DNA of 64,000 nucleotides from Chiloscyllium plagiosum (GCF_004010195.1 NC_057719.1:8116190-8180189), one strand, 5' to 3'; positions 49,906 to 63,802 are shown, counted from the first letter of the stretch. Made by a program: numbers and translations. The notes: generated by a model not told the origin, from the sequence alone.

Positions 49906-51700
49906 ATTATAATAATCGTGGGAGACTTCAATATGCAGATGGATTGAGAAAATCAGGTTAGAAGCGCACCTCAAGAAAAAGAATTAATGGAATATCTGTA
50001 GGATTTTTTTTGGAGCAGCTCTTGGTAAAGCCCACGCAGGAATAGATAATTCTGGATTTGATGGTATGTAATGAGGCAGACTTAATTAGGGAGCTTAAGG
50101 TGAAGGAACCCCTAGGGGCCAATGACCATAATATTATAGAATTCACCCTGCAGTTTGAAAGAGAGAAACTTGAATCAGTTTCAGTTGAGTAAAGGTAACT
50201 ACAAAGACATGAGGGAGGAGCTGGCCAGAGTTGTTGAGAGAGGACTTAGCAGGGAAGGCTGTGGAGCAGCAATGGCAGGAGTTTCTGGGGCTAATTCGGG
50301 AGGCACAACAGAAATTCATCCCACGAAAGAAGAAACATACCAAGGGGAGGATGAGGTAACCATGGCTGACCAGGGAAATCAGGGATAGCATAAAAGCAAA
50401 AGAGAAAGCATATAATGTGGTGAAGATTATTGGGAAGCCTTTAAAAACCAGCAGAGGAAAGAAGGGAGGAGAGCACACCTCCATCTACAACAACGGAGCA
50501 GAGGTTGAGAGGGTGGAGAGCATCAACTTCCTAGGAGTGATAATAACCGACAATCTTTCCTGGACTTCCCATGTAGATGCGACGGTCAAGAAGGCATAAC
50601 AACACTTCATCTTCCTCAGCCGGCTCAGGAAATTTGTCCATAAAGACCCTCACCAATTTTTACAGATGCACCTTTTGAAAGCATACTGTCTGGGTGCATA
50701 ATGGCCTCGTACGGCAACTGCTCTGCCCAGGACCATAAGAAACCACAGAAGGTTATGTGCATAGCGCAGACCATCACAGAAGCCAACCTCTAGACTTGTT
50801 ATTGCTGCGGAAAGGCTGCCAACATCATCAAAGACCCATCACACCCCAGTAGTGCTCTCCGACAACCTTTTCTGTTAGGCAAAAGATACAGAAGCTTGAA
50901 CACGCATACTAACAGGTTCAAGAACAGTTCCTCCCTGCATTTACTATTCCGATGGATGGACTGTCAAACATCATATAATGCTGATCTTGCCTAGCGCACA
51001 CCCTATGCTTACTATGTCTTTGCTTACTATGATCTGCCTATACTGCTGGCAAACAAAGCGTTTCACTGTACTGAGGTACACATGACAATTAATCAATCAA
51101 ATCAAATCAAATCAAACACAATGTGCTGCACAGAACGTTGCTAAATAAGATAAGAACCCATGGTGTTAGGGGCAAGGTACCGAGTGGATTGGGTGACTGG
51201 CAGCAGGCAGAGAGTGGGGATAAAGCGGTCTTTTTCAGGATGGCAGCTGATGATTCTGCATAGATCTGCTTTGGAACCAAAACTGTTCTGGTCAGCAGGG
51301 ATGGGTTGGGCCAAAGGGCCTGTTTCCATGCTGTATACTTTTATAACTCTATTTACATTGTACATTAACAATCTTGATGAAGGAACTGAGGACATTATTG
51401 CTAAGTTTGCAGATAAAACGAAGAGAGATGGAGGGGCATGCAGTGTTGAGGAAGTGGGGAAGCTGTAGAAGAACTTGGACAAACTCGGACAGATAGTATA
51501 CAGTGTGGGAATTACTAATTCCACCCATGTCCAACTGCACAGAACAGCTGTTGAAGTGAGGATATTTGTTCATTTAGGTGTATCAATGGTTATGGAATTA
51601 AGCTGAGTAGCTGTGGTTAAGATCAGCCATAATCAAATTGCATTGTGGAACAGGTCAGAAGAACTGAATGGCCTACTCTGTTCCTGTATTCCTGTGTAAG
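49905..51700 (+). mobile_element. CR1 LINE fragments (EN through RT and 3' end) interrupted by Rex1/Babar
   Basis: EPLGANDHNIIEF; TLYINNLDEGTEDIIAKFADKTK. Confidence 0.75.
50455..51115 (+). mobile_element. Rex1/Babar-clade LINE 3' fragment
   Basis: GAEVERVESINFLGVIITDNLSWTSHVDATVKKA...LSRLRKF; (aatca)n tail. Confidence 0.8.
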
Positions 51701-53002
51701 TAAATATACTAATAGCCTTTTTTTTGTACATGTCAAGACTATATTTTGTTTATATCTCGATAGTTTTGAATGTGGACTGAAGTGGGAAAAGGATTGTTTC
51801 AAACTGAAGGTTTGTGGAAGGTATTGCTGCACTTTTTAAAAGCAAGTTACTGTAACTCATTGCAAGTCATGCACACATAGTTGCTGAGTTAAAGCAGTTG
51901 GAGAGGTTGTTTTTACAAGGCCAGCTTGTCTGGTGTATACAAAATGAGATTCGGCTGGCACAGGTTACTGATTGGTTTGCGGAGTTGTGACCATTTGTGT
52001 GTGACAAAGGCAGTCAGCCTAACATGAGCTATTGCCTGTGGGGTGGCTGAATTTGTGGATATGTAGAATATTGGTAGAAGCCTTTGGACTGCTGCAAGGA
52101 GTAGGTTGCATGTCTTTCTTTCCAGGAAATGACCTAAAGCCTGAAGTTCTTTTAGCTGTGGCTTTTAACCAATCTGGAGAAAAAAGGTTGAAGATCAGAA
52201 AATCCAGGCAATCAAAACTCTTAGCAAACCCTGTGGACTGGGATCAATGAACTGCTCTCTTTTACCTCCACTCCACCCACAACACAACTTTTGTTTGTTT
52301 GGCTGTATGTTTGCTTTGGGGAAGTTTTAGAAGGGGTTAGAATTTGAAGTAACAGTGTTACATGAGAACAGTTCATAGTTTACCTGTGGTTCGAAGTAAT
52401 AAAGGACTGCAACCCAGTCTATGTTTTCTGTTAACCTGAATCTGTCTGACAGATAAATTGGGGACTTTGTGCACTCTGCTAATTTTTTCATTGTTTTTCT
52501 GTGAACTCTGTCTCTTAACAGTGGGGTGAACCGAGGAGTGGCAGAGGGAGCAATGAACTCTATTGCTGTAACGTCTTGCATTATATTCAGTTTTTCAAAA
52601 TGATGCTGAAGCACGGTGATACTTTGCGATTTGCGCACGGAAAACACTTTTCACTGTGTTTTTATATACATGTGACAATAAATCTAATTGTAAATCAATG
52701 AGAGGTTACATGCAGCAAACTAATAGCAATGAGGTGAATGTCCAGATAATGTGTATTAGCTGTGTTGGTTGATGTTGGCCAAGTTTCTAGAACAAATCCT
52801 TTGATCTTCAAATAATGCTGCAAAATTCCTTACATCCACACAAAGAGGCAAATGGAGGCCTTGATTTTGTGTCCCACCATCTGCATGAAGCACTGTGGTA
52901 ACTGGCCTTCCAATAGATCTGTTTTTTGTAGTAGTACTTATAGTCATCGGTGTCTAAGAATGTGAAGTGGTGCAAGGGGTTATAGATCTTCATCTTCATT
53001 AG

Positions 53003-53096
53003 ATTGAAGAAGCAGCGAGGCAAGATGGAAAAGCACAGAAGACAAAATGCCCAAGAGAAGTTATATGAAATGAGAAGAAGGAGGAGATTTATTGCA
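53003..53096 (+). CDS. Candidate coding exon ((R)LKKQRGKMEKHRRQNAQEKLYEMRRRRRFIA), phase 2 to 0
   Basis: Acceptor tcttcatcttcattag, donor GCA|gtacgt. Only one frame is open; purine-rich exon-like composition. Confidence 0.6.
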
Positions 53097-53298
53097 GTAC
53101 GTTGAATGGCATGAAGATTGACTGGGGTGCATGGGGCAGATTTCTCTATAACCTTCTGCCAGATTAACTTGTTATTATGAATGTATATGTTTCTGTTATC
53201 AATATTTTTCTCAAACCACATCAGTTTTATGCTGATCATAGCTCGTAAAATATCTCACAAATGATAAACTGTATTGATTGCATTGAGTGTGAAAATAG

Positions 53299-53358
53299 CA
53301 TCCACTCAGTTTGAGGCCAGCGAGCAGTTCTGCATGGCTTCAACAGGGGAATACCAAG
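53299..53358 (+). CDS. Candidate coding exon (HPLSLRPASSSAWLQQGNTK), phase 0 to 0
   Basis: 60 nt with donor AAG|gttaac; the acceptor has a weak pyrimidine tract. Confidence 0.4.
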
Positions 53359-53869
53359 GTTAACTGGTATTTAATTTAAAAGACATCTTGGAAAAGTAAG
53401 TCTGTGCAAAGATAAAACGTTCAGGAGGATAGTGATTTCAGGCTGACAAGGATCCCCTTAGGCGGCATCATGAAAATTGCTGACTCGGGTTTGTACTCCT
53501 GCCAAATTAGTTTAACAAAATGTTAACCTGCCAGTTTCCAGCCTTAGCATTTAGTCCAATAAAATGATCCAGCCAGAATTGATTAAGAGTATGGACAGGG
53601 TCATCATTATAAAAGAAGAGGGACCCTTTTATCTGAGGTTCCTGAATGCTCCTCATTGAGCCTTGACATTGGCAGGGAGCGGTTAACTTTAAGTGCTGTA
53701 GCTCAGTGCATAACTGTGTCGCTCGGGTCAGAAGGTGGTGAGTTCAAATTTCAACCCAAAGCCCTGAGTATGTAATCTACTGCTGAAGTTCCAGTGAGCA
53801 CACATACCCAACTTTCTACCTCAGGACATTGCCTCAAGGCAATGATCAGATACGTGTGATTAGGAACAC

Positions 53870-54430
53870 AAATGGAATGATGCCGTTATTACAAAGAGAA
53901 TACAGTGCAAGAGTAAAAAGCTTATACTACATTGGTACAGGAAATTGTTGAGACCGCATCTGAAGGACTGTGCACAGATTTGGTTCTTATTTGAAAAGGA
54001 TTTAATTGCACTTGAAACAGTTGAGGGAAGGAGACTTACTTCTGGAATGAAGGGCTCCTCTTATCAAGAAAGATTGAAGGGTGAGGCAATAGCCATTCAG
54101 GTTTAAACGAATGAGATGTCATTTTGCAGAAACCAATCCTGAGAGAACTTGTTGGGTAAATACTGGGAGGATGTTTCCTCTTGTGGGGAAGATGAGAATT
54201 CAGGAACATAGCTTAAAAATAAGAAGTTTCCTTTTTAAGACTGAGTTGAGTATTTTTTTTCCTCTGGGGCTTATTGGTATTTGGACTTTTTATCCTCATA
54301 AAACAATCACTGAATTTATTCAAGGCTGAGTTAGATAGAATGAGGATGAGGTTGAGACCACAACCAGTTGGCCAGAATCTTAGTAAATGGGGGAGCAGGC
54401 ACAATGGTCTACTCCTCCTAAGTCTTATGT
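53870..54430 (+). mobile_element. Old CR1 3' fragment
   Basis: VNTGRMFPLVGKMRIQEHSLKIR. Confidence 0.7.
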
Positions 54431-54804
54431 TTCTTCCTGGGGGGAGGGGATGAACTGGAGGGCACCTAGGCTGTCAGTATTGCATCTCCCGGGAGTTTCC
54501 GCCACAGAACCTCTACTCGAAACGTTTGCTTGTCTTTTCTCTTTACCGTCATTTACAGACGAGCTTTGTGCTTCAGCATTTTTGCTTGTTGCTGCCATAT
54601 TTTTCTTCTTCTGACCAAGCCTAAACTGAGCGTATTTCATCGGTACAAAAATGAGCCGATTTCAAAACTACTTCCTCACCTTACTGTGCAGCATGTTAAA
54701 ATAAATTTTAATTTCATACCTCAGAATTTTCTTCCCACTGTGGCTAGGATATTTCTGCACCTTAATGCTGTTTATCCTCCCCATGAACATGTTCTGTTTT
54801 AAAG

Positions 54805-54918
54805 GATTCCCAGCGTCACCGAGAGATGATAGAAGAAAGATACTCCAAATACAAAGAGATAGTGACTTCCCTGCAGCAGCAGCTGCGAGATTCAACAAGG
54901 AAGATTCGAAAATATCAG
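54805..54918 (+). CDS. Candidate coding exon, coiled-coil-like (DSQRHREMIEERYSKYKEIVTSLQQQLRDSTRKIRKYQ), phase 0 to 0
   Basis: 114 nt; acceptor gttctgttttaaag, strong donor CAG|gtaagg; heptad-like hydrophobic spacing. Confidence 0.75.
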
Positions 54919-55227
54919 GTAAGGCAGGATTTGCATTCCATTTATAGTGATATGTCTTTTTGTGTAATTCAGTTCAGGAGCCTTTAATGCAAGGATTTTA
55001 TTCAAAGAAAAAATGTTCTAACATTGAGTCACCTTCCCAGCTCAGTTGAGGTCAGTACCAAAAATGAAAGAGGAAAATGCTGAGAATTGATAGCAACTTG
55101 TGAGGGTATGTAAGAGGAAAAGATAGGTTAATGGTTCAGGTGTCAGAACTGAATCTGGAAACGAATTAGCTCATTTGTAGGATTAAACAAAAATGAAGAG
55201 AGTTGGGACGATCAAGAAAACATAAAG

Positions 55228-55469
55228 GCCCAGATTTTTGTGGCACATGCCTTTAAAAATGGCCTGCAGTGCGCAGATCCAAAAGACCCTCATCCATTTG
55301 CTGCAAGGGTCTTAATCATGAAGTTATGAATTGATGGAGTTATGAATTTTTAGGGTAGTTCTAGTGGTTCTCCTGATGGGTAGATAAGGTCTTGTAGAAC
55401 TGTTTCAAGCCCCAGCCCTTTCAAAAATAAACAACCTGCCTATGCCAGTGAAGGTTGAAAAATCTGGGC
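55228..55469. mobile_element. MITE-like non-autonomous DNA transposon
   Basis: Perfect 12-bp terminal inverted repeats gcccagattttt (55228-55239) and aaaaatctgggc (55458-55469). Confidence 0.55.
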
Positions 55470-56289
55470 TCACTGTTTAGATAACTGTTTGTAGAATTGC
55501 ATTACCTCAAAGGTTATCATTTTACCGTTATTAACATTTGGCTACTTTCAACCTGTCACTATCTCAGTGGGAGATCCTAAGTTCACAGTTTCATTGCCAG
55601 CTGGATGATTTAGATGTCTTGATTGATGGGTTTATGTGGTCTGTTTTTATAAGGAGTGATGAACTTGAGGGTATTTACATGTTTTGAAAGGCCTATCATG
55701 AGAGCAAGCATTTTTCTTAAGATAGTGAAGGCTATGATAGATATTTAGAACTTCATCTGAACATGGTTCCTGAGGTCTGCATAAGGTGGATAGTGGGTCA
55801 GTTGACATGGAGGGTGTAAGTGCAAAGGGTGTAATTCGGCATAAGTTGGCATGGTGTATATGAGGGACATATTGCGTGTAGGTGCGAAATGAGATGGTAT
55901 TAAACATATGAGGGACCATTAGAGATATAGGAATGGATGGGCCTGTGGAGTGTGTGGGGGATGTGATGGATGAGGGCTGGAGGACATACTACTTAACGAA
56001 GTAGGCATCTAAATGAAGACCTCCTCAATCAGCAATACTTTCTCCTGAGTCTAATGTGATGAGCCACAACATTTCGTGACGGTTGCTACATCTGCCTCAG
56101 GAGTGAAAATCTGGGTCTCTTGGAGTGTTTCGAAGGTACAAAAGAGGGAGATAGAAGACTTTGTAAATTAGAAGAAGTATGAATTATTGGATGGGGTAAA
56201 CAGGGTGAGAGTAAGTGTTAAAGGTTTTAGTGCCTTACAAAGCGAATTGGTTGACAGGCCTGCATGGAATGTCTTCTGAACTAATAGAA

Positions 56290-57665
56290 GGGAGAAAGAG
56301 GTAGACCAAATAATTGCAGCCAGTCAGTCTAATCTCACTGGTAGGCAAATCATGGAAAAATTTCTGAGAGACTGCATTAATAGTCCTTTTATATGGTATG
56401 AATTAATTGAGGAAAGTTTGCATGAATTTATTGAGGCTAGGTCATGTTTAAGTGATCTGATTGAATTTTTTGAGGTGTTAACAAGGAGACTGAATAAAAA
56501 CAGTGCATTTCATGTAGTCTACGTGGACTTTCTCAAGGCTTTTGACAAGGTATCACATGCAGTATGTTCAGAAAAGTAAAACTCCATGTGATTCAAAGCA
56601 AAATGGCAAGTTGGATATTCGAGTCGCTATAATCTATAAGGCTACAGATCAAGAGCTGAAAGTGAGTTCAGACTGGATATGATAGAGGCTGGCATGATGA
56701 CTGCCTTCAGTGTTGTCAATTTCTATGGTTCTATTAACTCTTCAGCAAAGAATTTCATGGTCAACGGAAAAACACTTTATTTTTGTTTCTGGAGAGATGT
56801 GGACTTTCATAGGCCAATTCCGATACAGAATTGGCTGATTTACAAGAAGCAGAGTGGTGGTTAATGGATGTTTTTCAGGCTGGTTAATGGTTTGCAGTGG
56901 AGTTCCCCCGGGGTCAGTGTGGTATCCTTGCTTTTTCTGATATATAAATTACCTAGACCTTGGAGTACACAGCACAATTCCAAAGTTTACAGACAATACA
57001 AAAATTGGAAGCTTATAAACTGTGAGAAGGTGGAATTTCAAAATGGCAAGTTGGTAGATTAAGTGGCAGGTGGAGTTTAATGCAGAGAAATGTGAAGTGA
57101 TTTGGTTTGATAGGAAAAACATGGAGAGACACTATAACGAGTATGACAAATACAAAGGACCTGGGTGTACATGTGCAGAAGTCCTTGAAGGTGCAGGGCA
57201 GGTTGGGAGAGTGGTTAACAAAGCATAAGACTGTGAAGGAATGACATTTTATTTCCAAATCAGCATGGTGATTGGTTGGAAGGGAACTTGCAATTGGTGG
57301 TGGTCCCATGTATCTGCTGCCTTTATTTGCAGAGGCGTAGAGTACAAGAACAAGGAGGCAGAAATGGATACTGCAGATGCTGGAAACCAGAGTTTAGATT
57401 AGAGTGGTGCTGGAAAAGCACAGCAGGTCAGGCAGCATCCGAGGAGCAGGGAAAACCGACATTTCGGGCAAAAGCCTGAGTCCTGAACAAGGAGTTATGT
57501 TAAAGCTGCATAAGACAATAATTTGGCCTGAGCTGAAGTGTTGCATCTAGTTCTGCATGTTGCCCTTTGGAAGGATGTAAAGGCACTGGAAAGTGTACAA
57601 AAATGATTGACAAGGATGGTTTTAGGAATGAGGCACCTCAGCTGTAAAGGTTGAGAAATTAGTAC
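56290..57665 (+). mobile_element. Old CR1 RT fragments with a nested PLE piece (about 57358-57484, TSD gaacaaggag)
   Basis: RSCLSDLIEFFEVLT...VVYVDFLKAFDKVSH. Confidence 0.8.
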
Positions 57666-58854
57666 TGAATTCCTGAAAAGAAGCAAAGTGCAGTACTATG
57701 GATGCTAGAGATTTAAAAACAGAAAGTGCGAGAGGAACATAGTTAACAGAGTTCAGTATTGCTCTGTATCAGAATTTGAAGAGGCTAGAAAATGATAGTT
57801 TTTATGCTGTTGCCATCAGGGCAGAAGGGTCAGGTCAAACAGATGATGAGGATGCCCAGAGCAAATGAAAAAGGAAGTGCTAATGAGAATGGAGGAGAGC
57901 TATATATGAATAAGAAGTGTTAATAAAAGGCGTTAAACACAGAAAATAGCTCAGCCATATAGAGAGCAAACCTATACAAATAAGCCACTGAAGTGGGGTG
58001 GGGTAGGGAGGGGAGCAATGTTCCCTTGAGATCTCCCTTGTTCTGAACAGTACTGCAGAACCTTTATGTTCCTCAGAGAGAGCAGGTAGGACTGGTATTT
58101 AATTGCTTTTCCAAATGAAGACATTTCTGTCAGCGTAGCAAAATATCTGCAGTGAGGCTTGAACCTATCCCCTTCTCATTCAGAGTGTTACGGTCAAACC
58201 AAGACTGACAAGTAAGTGACGGTGACTCTCTCAGACATTGACCCTCAATTTTCTCCCGTAGTATTGCCATCTGTAATAAATTTGCTTATTCTAGTGATGG
58301 TGACGACTTGTTTCACTTCCTTTCGATGAACCTTTGCCTATTTAGCAGTTGACCTGATCCATGCAGTGCCAGGGAATTGAAGTTCCAATGTACGATAATC
58401 AGCCTACTTTCTACAGTGTTACTAAGTAAGACAATCACAGTGCCTTTGTTTGTAGGAGAATCTGAATGGTTTAAAATTTTCTGGGCAGATTATCTGCAGA
58501 AGCATTCAATTCAAAGCTTTCTGTGCTAAGCAGGAAATAAATCAAGCTTATTCATTATATCTCACTATTTGACCCATGATGGGTCACATGTCACATTGTT
58601 TCTTTGACCACTCAGTCACAAGCTGTGTAACAGTCTCTAATAAGAGGGGAAAGTAAACAATATTGTTTTCCAAGTCCAAATACCTAAGCAAACTGGCAAC
58701 ATTTCTGAATAAAACCGACTACCAAAATTGCTTAATACTGCTTCTTAAATTTGGAGGTCAATAAATTACAGCTCCTGACTGAAAAGACTGTTAAGAATTT
58801 CTCTCTCTTTCTAGTTTTAGCCTCCATTTCCCAGCCTATCGTATTCGCTTTGAG

Positions 58855-59311
58855 ATAGGGGCATCACCGCCGTAGCCAGCATGATCCCTAATTACCTTTG
58901 AGGCAGTATTGGTGAGATACCCTATTTTCTTCTTAAACTGCTGCAGTCTATGCGGTGTAGGTACACCCCCAAAGCTGTGAGGGAGAGAGGTCCAGGATTT
59001 TGAGGGAGCAACAGTGAACGAATGATGATACAGTTCCAATTCAGAACTGCGTGTGGCTTGAAAGGGAGTTGGCAGGTGATGAGGGCCCTTTGTCTGCTGT
59101 CCCTGCACTTCTAGGTGGCAGTGGTTACACGTTTGGAGGGTGCTGTTGAAGGAACCTTTGCAAATTGCTGTTGTGCATCTGGTGGTGACTGCACATTGCT
59201 GCCATTGTGTGTGGATGGTTACAGGCATTTTTTAAGGTGATAGATTGGGGGTCACTCAAGCAGGCTGCTTTATTGTGGATGGCATCCTGCTTCCTGAGAG
59301 TGTCGTTGGAT
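58855..59311 (-). mobile_element. 3' fragment of an L2/CR1-group LINE whose tail resembles the second SINE family
   Basis: ORF 58836-59228(-) ...HSFTVAPSKSWTSLPHSFGGVPTPHRLQQFKK; tail reverse complement ctcaaaggtaattagggat...gctggc. Confidence 0.65.
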
Positions 59312-59452
59312 CACCGGGTGTATCCGAGAAGTTCTTCTCAGGTTCGGTTAAATGTCGTTAAGAGAAGACTCAACAGTAGCAATTTGCGTAAATATGAACA
59401 TTTGTTGGGTAACAATAAAAGATGGAAAAGGAAGGAAAAATAAAAGACTGAA

Positions 59453-59667
59453 CTCAGAGAGTAGTAAAGGTATGGAATGCTTTGCCTGCAACGGTAGTAG
59501 ATTCGCCAAGTTTAAGTACATTTAAGTCGTTATTGGACAGGCAAATGGACGTACATGGAATAGTGTAGGTGGGATGGGCTTCAGATTAGTATGACAGGTT
59601 GGCGCAACATCGAGGGCCGAAGGGCCTGTACTGCGCTGTAATGTTCTATGTTCTATGAACTATGAAC
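59453..59667 (+). mobile_element. CR1 3' end with (ctatgtt)-type tail
   Basis: ctcagagagtagtaaaggtatggaatgc...gggccgaagggcctgtactgcgctgtaatgttctatgttctatg. Confidence 0.85.
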
Positions 59668-62186
59668 ATCTAATAAAAAATAAAAGGAAGGAAAAGAAAA
59701 CAATGAGCCTCACACCCTCCAGCACGTTGGGGACTCCTCGATCGACGGATGGTCTGGAGTCTAAGGTTCACAGTTCCGGTCTAAGATGAAGTCCAGTATT
59801 AATATCCCCAGTAATAATCCCGGCCAGACAATTGAGAAGTCACCAGTGGGTCTACCATTGGACCTGGACTTCTGGGGCTAGAAAGTCCCGCCCACTGAGC
59901 TGCTGGCAAATCAGAGTCCTGTGACTCTTTCACACAGCTGCGGCATCTGGGAGATGGAGATTGGCGCCAGAATGACGCTCATTGGATCATTGCGAGATGG
60001 CAAAGGGTGTTTCACATCTTTGGGGATTGTGGGGATCAACTGCAAGGGCAGGAGCCTGACCATCAATGATACCCTCTTATTTTCCCAAATCTATATCCCA
60101 CAGAGTGTCTTTGAACAAGGAACCCTCGTCAGCAGGCCATAGCAACCCATACAGGTTTGCATGGTGTAGTCCCCACACTGATAAGCCAACCTGTCACTGG
60201 GTTAATACCAGGGCTGGTGTGAAGAGGCCCTTCATTGGGAATTATTTTCTCCTTAGGTGCCTCAACTGGCAGTGTATGGGAAGGTGGTCTGTGGATCTAC
60301 CTGCAGAGGCAGGAAATAGGTGGCTCCCCATTTACTACCATCCCACCTAATTAAATTCCCCTATAGCTCCAATCCTGCCAAGAGAGAGAGTATAAAATAC
60401 AAACCTCCTCCAACTCCTTTGAATGCAATTACAACCACAGTGGTCACCAACTCAGAACAGAGCAAGGCTGGATGTAGGACCTACTGAGATCGACAGCTCA
60501 GTGCTACAGCACAGGAATTTGGAACAGGACTGGGCCATTGGTCCTCCAGGATCTGCTATGCTATTGGATAAGACCATGGCTGATCTGGTTATGGCCTTGA
60601 CTCTACTTTCAACCCTCCTTGTCAGTCAAGAATCTATCTAACTCAGCCTTGAATATATTCAATGACCCGGCCTCAACTGCTCTCTACGGAAGAGAATTCT
60701 GCTGACTAACAACCTCTTGACAGCAAAAAAACACTTCGCATCTCCACCTCTAAAAGAATTGAGGATGTTACCAAAAGAAACCCATTAGTTAGTTGAAAAT
60801 TCTTACTATTGTAGGCCTGCAGTACCTTTTGTCGACCATTTGTTCTATTCACTGTACCCCTCCTGTGTTCTTGGATCCCTGGTGACATGTTCTATGTGAA
60901 GCTTCTTTGATAGCCAATCTCTTCCTATGTGGCTGTATAACTCCAATATTTTTTGAGGGCCCTCAAGAAAGGGGCAGCTTTATATATTTCTTCCAGTGTA
61001 ATTTTGATTTCTGGGGAGAGGTGTGAGGAGAGATCTTTAGAGAAAAATTGTCAAGGGATTTGGAGATAAAGTAGGTAAAGTAGCCATGGTAGAAAAATAG
61101 AGCAGGCTCAAAGAGCTGGATGGCCTACTCCCATTCCTGCTGTTCCTCTGAGTGGGTGTGAGATAATGAAAGTTACTTCATTCTGTGCTCTCTCTGGCCT
61201 GTAATTCTTCTGCAAGAATTCAACTCTCCTGCTGCTTGTAACCTATCCAAGGAGGATAAAACTGAATGTGTGTGGATTGAGACACTGAATAGATGTAGAC
61301 ACATGTACACAATAGATTCATCAGTGGGTAGATGAAAAGTGGATTTTTTTTATAGAATGAAGAAAAATGGTTTCCTTCTCCAGCATTGTGGAAAAACAGT
61401 GGCAAACTGGTTTCATTCTCTTTGCATATATCTTATGTGAGAGAGACTTGATTTAGGTCACAATACAGGTCAATTCGTTAGAGTATGTTAGTTACCATGG
61501 GAACCTGTAACGTATAAAATAGCAACCATTATCTGAGCATTTTTATACTAAATGTCACTGTTGCAAGCACAAATCTCCTAAATTTTAGTTACTGTGCCAT
61601 CGTACTGTATGTGTTATTACACAATGCTAAATACTTGTATCATATAAAGTTATCTTCCACACTGGAATATCTTTGGTGAAAGCGTTTATGTTATCAGCTG
61701 CTTTTAAATTGTACTTTAATAGCCATGCGTTGTGGCTATGGTGGGATAGTAGTTATCATGTGTGACTAATAATCCAGTTCAAATCCCATTACTGCAAATG
61801 AGAATTCTATTCTTTTTAAAGTTCTGGAAATAGGAAAACAAAATCTTGTATTGGTAAAAGTACAGTTGTCAGAACGCAAAAACAAAACTGGCTTACTGAC
61901 CTCCTTTAGGGAAAGAGACCTTGTCTTGTTTGGTCTTTGTGACTCCAGGCCCACCCCAATATCGTCGCACCTTGGGCTTCCTCTGAGGTGACCTAGCAAG
62001 CCACTAAATTACTGCTGCAAAGCATGCCAACATCAGAGGTTCAAGATGAAGAACTGCCACCAGCTCCTCGGGGAAACTGGAAACAGGTTATAAATATTAA
62101 CCTCAAAAGGTCCTGATGAAAGAGAAGTTGACTACTTTGTGTTTCTTAAACTGATTTTGTTTTTAATAACCCTCCCTGATAATCAG

Positions 62187-62295
62187 GAAGAAGAGTCTGA
62201 CACTATCTTAAGGAGGGAGAGGTTGGAAAGTCTTCCTGTTGCACTATACAATCAAAACGATTCCCCTCCTAGCTGTTCCACTCCAAAAACAGGCT
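62187..62295 (+). CDS. Candidate coding exon (EEESDTILRRERLESLPVALYNQNDSPPSCSTPKTG), phase 0 to 1
   Basis: Acceptor ...ctgataatcag after a pyrimidine-rich tract; donor T|gtgagt. In frame with exons 54805 and 63803. Confidence 0.7.
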
Positions 62296-62624
62296 GTGAG
62301 TATACGCAGGGTTCTCTCAACCCACACCCTAATGTGTCAAGTGCAGCATTATGATAAAAGTGGGATCTTGGTAATGGTCAGTGTTTCTGTAATGATTAAT
62401 ATCTCTAATTACAAAGTTGCTGACAAGAATCTCATGAGTGTTTAAGACTGGTTTTCTTCAGTGATAGCCATTGTGCCAATCCTAACACAACATTTGCAAA
62501 AGCATTTCTGCTCTGTCGGGAGCAGATTACTTTTACAGAAATCTCAGTGAGGTACCAATGGGCATGTTTCCATTGTTTCTGCACACAACTGTTTGAAGAA
62601 GAGTCACAAGTCCCAAGTATACTA

Positions 62625-63225
62625 CGTGTATACACACACACACACGCACACACATGCACACACACATGCCCACACATTTAAGTCTATAGGGTGAATTTGC
62701 ATTTGCAGAATTGTATTTGCAGGTACATTCTATTTTGCTCAAAAAGCACACAATCGACAGGCAGTCAATGCAGGCCGTCAATCCACGTGACATTTTATAA
62801 ATTCCTACTTTGGAAATAGAACCAGTCTGACTCAAGATTAGAATACAGACAGACTAACCTCACACGTTTTAACTCATTGTCTGAGCTGAGATGTCACCTT
62901 CTTTTATAAAACCCTAAGTTACCTCAGGATTGTGTCTTGAAAGAAGTTCTGGAATTTATATATTAATAAATCGAAGCCTGCAACCCATTCTAAAAGATGA
63001 AAGACTTAACAACAATCTAGGTTTGTTCAATATATCGTATCAGTTGCATGACACAATGATCTTGTGCTATAAATTCTGTGTCTTATGATCCCGTCTCATT
63101 ACCTACCTGATGAAGGAGCAGCACTCTGAAAGCTCGTGCTTCCAATTAAACCTGTTGGACTATAACCTGGTGTTGTGTGATCTTTAATTTCGTCCACCCC
63201 AGTCCAACACCGGCAGTTCCTCATC
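62625..63225 (+). mobile_element. PLE terminal repeat (related to the second family) with hammerhead motif
   Basis: Similar to 28250-28755; CTGATGA (63107)-a-GGAGC-agc-actct-GAAA-gctc-gtg. Confidence 0.8.
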
Positions 63226-63227
63226 AT

Positions 63228-63537
63228 GGTGGCACGGTGGCACAGTGGTTAGCACTGCTGCCTCACAGCGCCAGGGAACCGGGTTCAATCCCTGCATCGG
63301 GCAACTGTCTATGTGGAGTTTGCACATTCTCCCTGTGTCTGCATGGGTTTCCTCCGGGTGCTCTGGTTTCCTCCCACAGTCCAAAGATGTGCAGGTTAGG
63401 TGAAATGGTCATGCTAAATTGCCCATAGTGTTAGATGAAGGGGTAAATATGGGGGAATGGCTCTGGGTGGGTTGCTTTTCGGAGGGTCGGTGTGGACTTG
63501 TTGGGCCGAAGGGCCTGTTTCCACACTAAGTAATCTA
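63228..63537 (+). mobile_element. HE1-like V-SINE
   Basis: ggcacggtggcacagtggttagcactgctgcctcacagcgccaggg...gtaatcta. Confidence 0.9.
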
Positions 63538-63802
63538 AACGAGAGAAAGTGTGTGTTTTTTATCCAAATAACCACTCTTTGGTCATATTGCTATACAGTT
63601 ATGCACATCTTGAAGGGTACATGGGTGTTTCCTGACTCTTTGCTACACTGAGTAGGCACATTCAGGATAACCAAGACACCCTTCCCCTCCAAAATACAGC
63701 TCAAAAAAAAACATTATTGAGTGGAGGGTGAAGGATGTCAGTGTCATTAACTTCTTTCTGCAGGAATATCACTTAGCTTGTTGTAATTCTCTTTCCTTGC
63801 AG

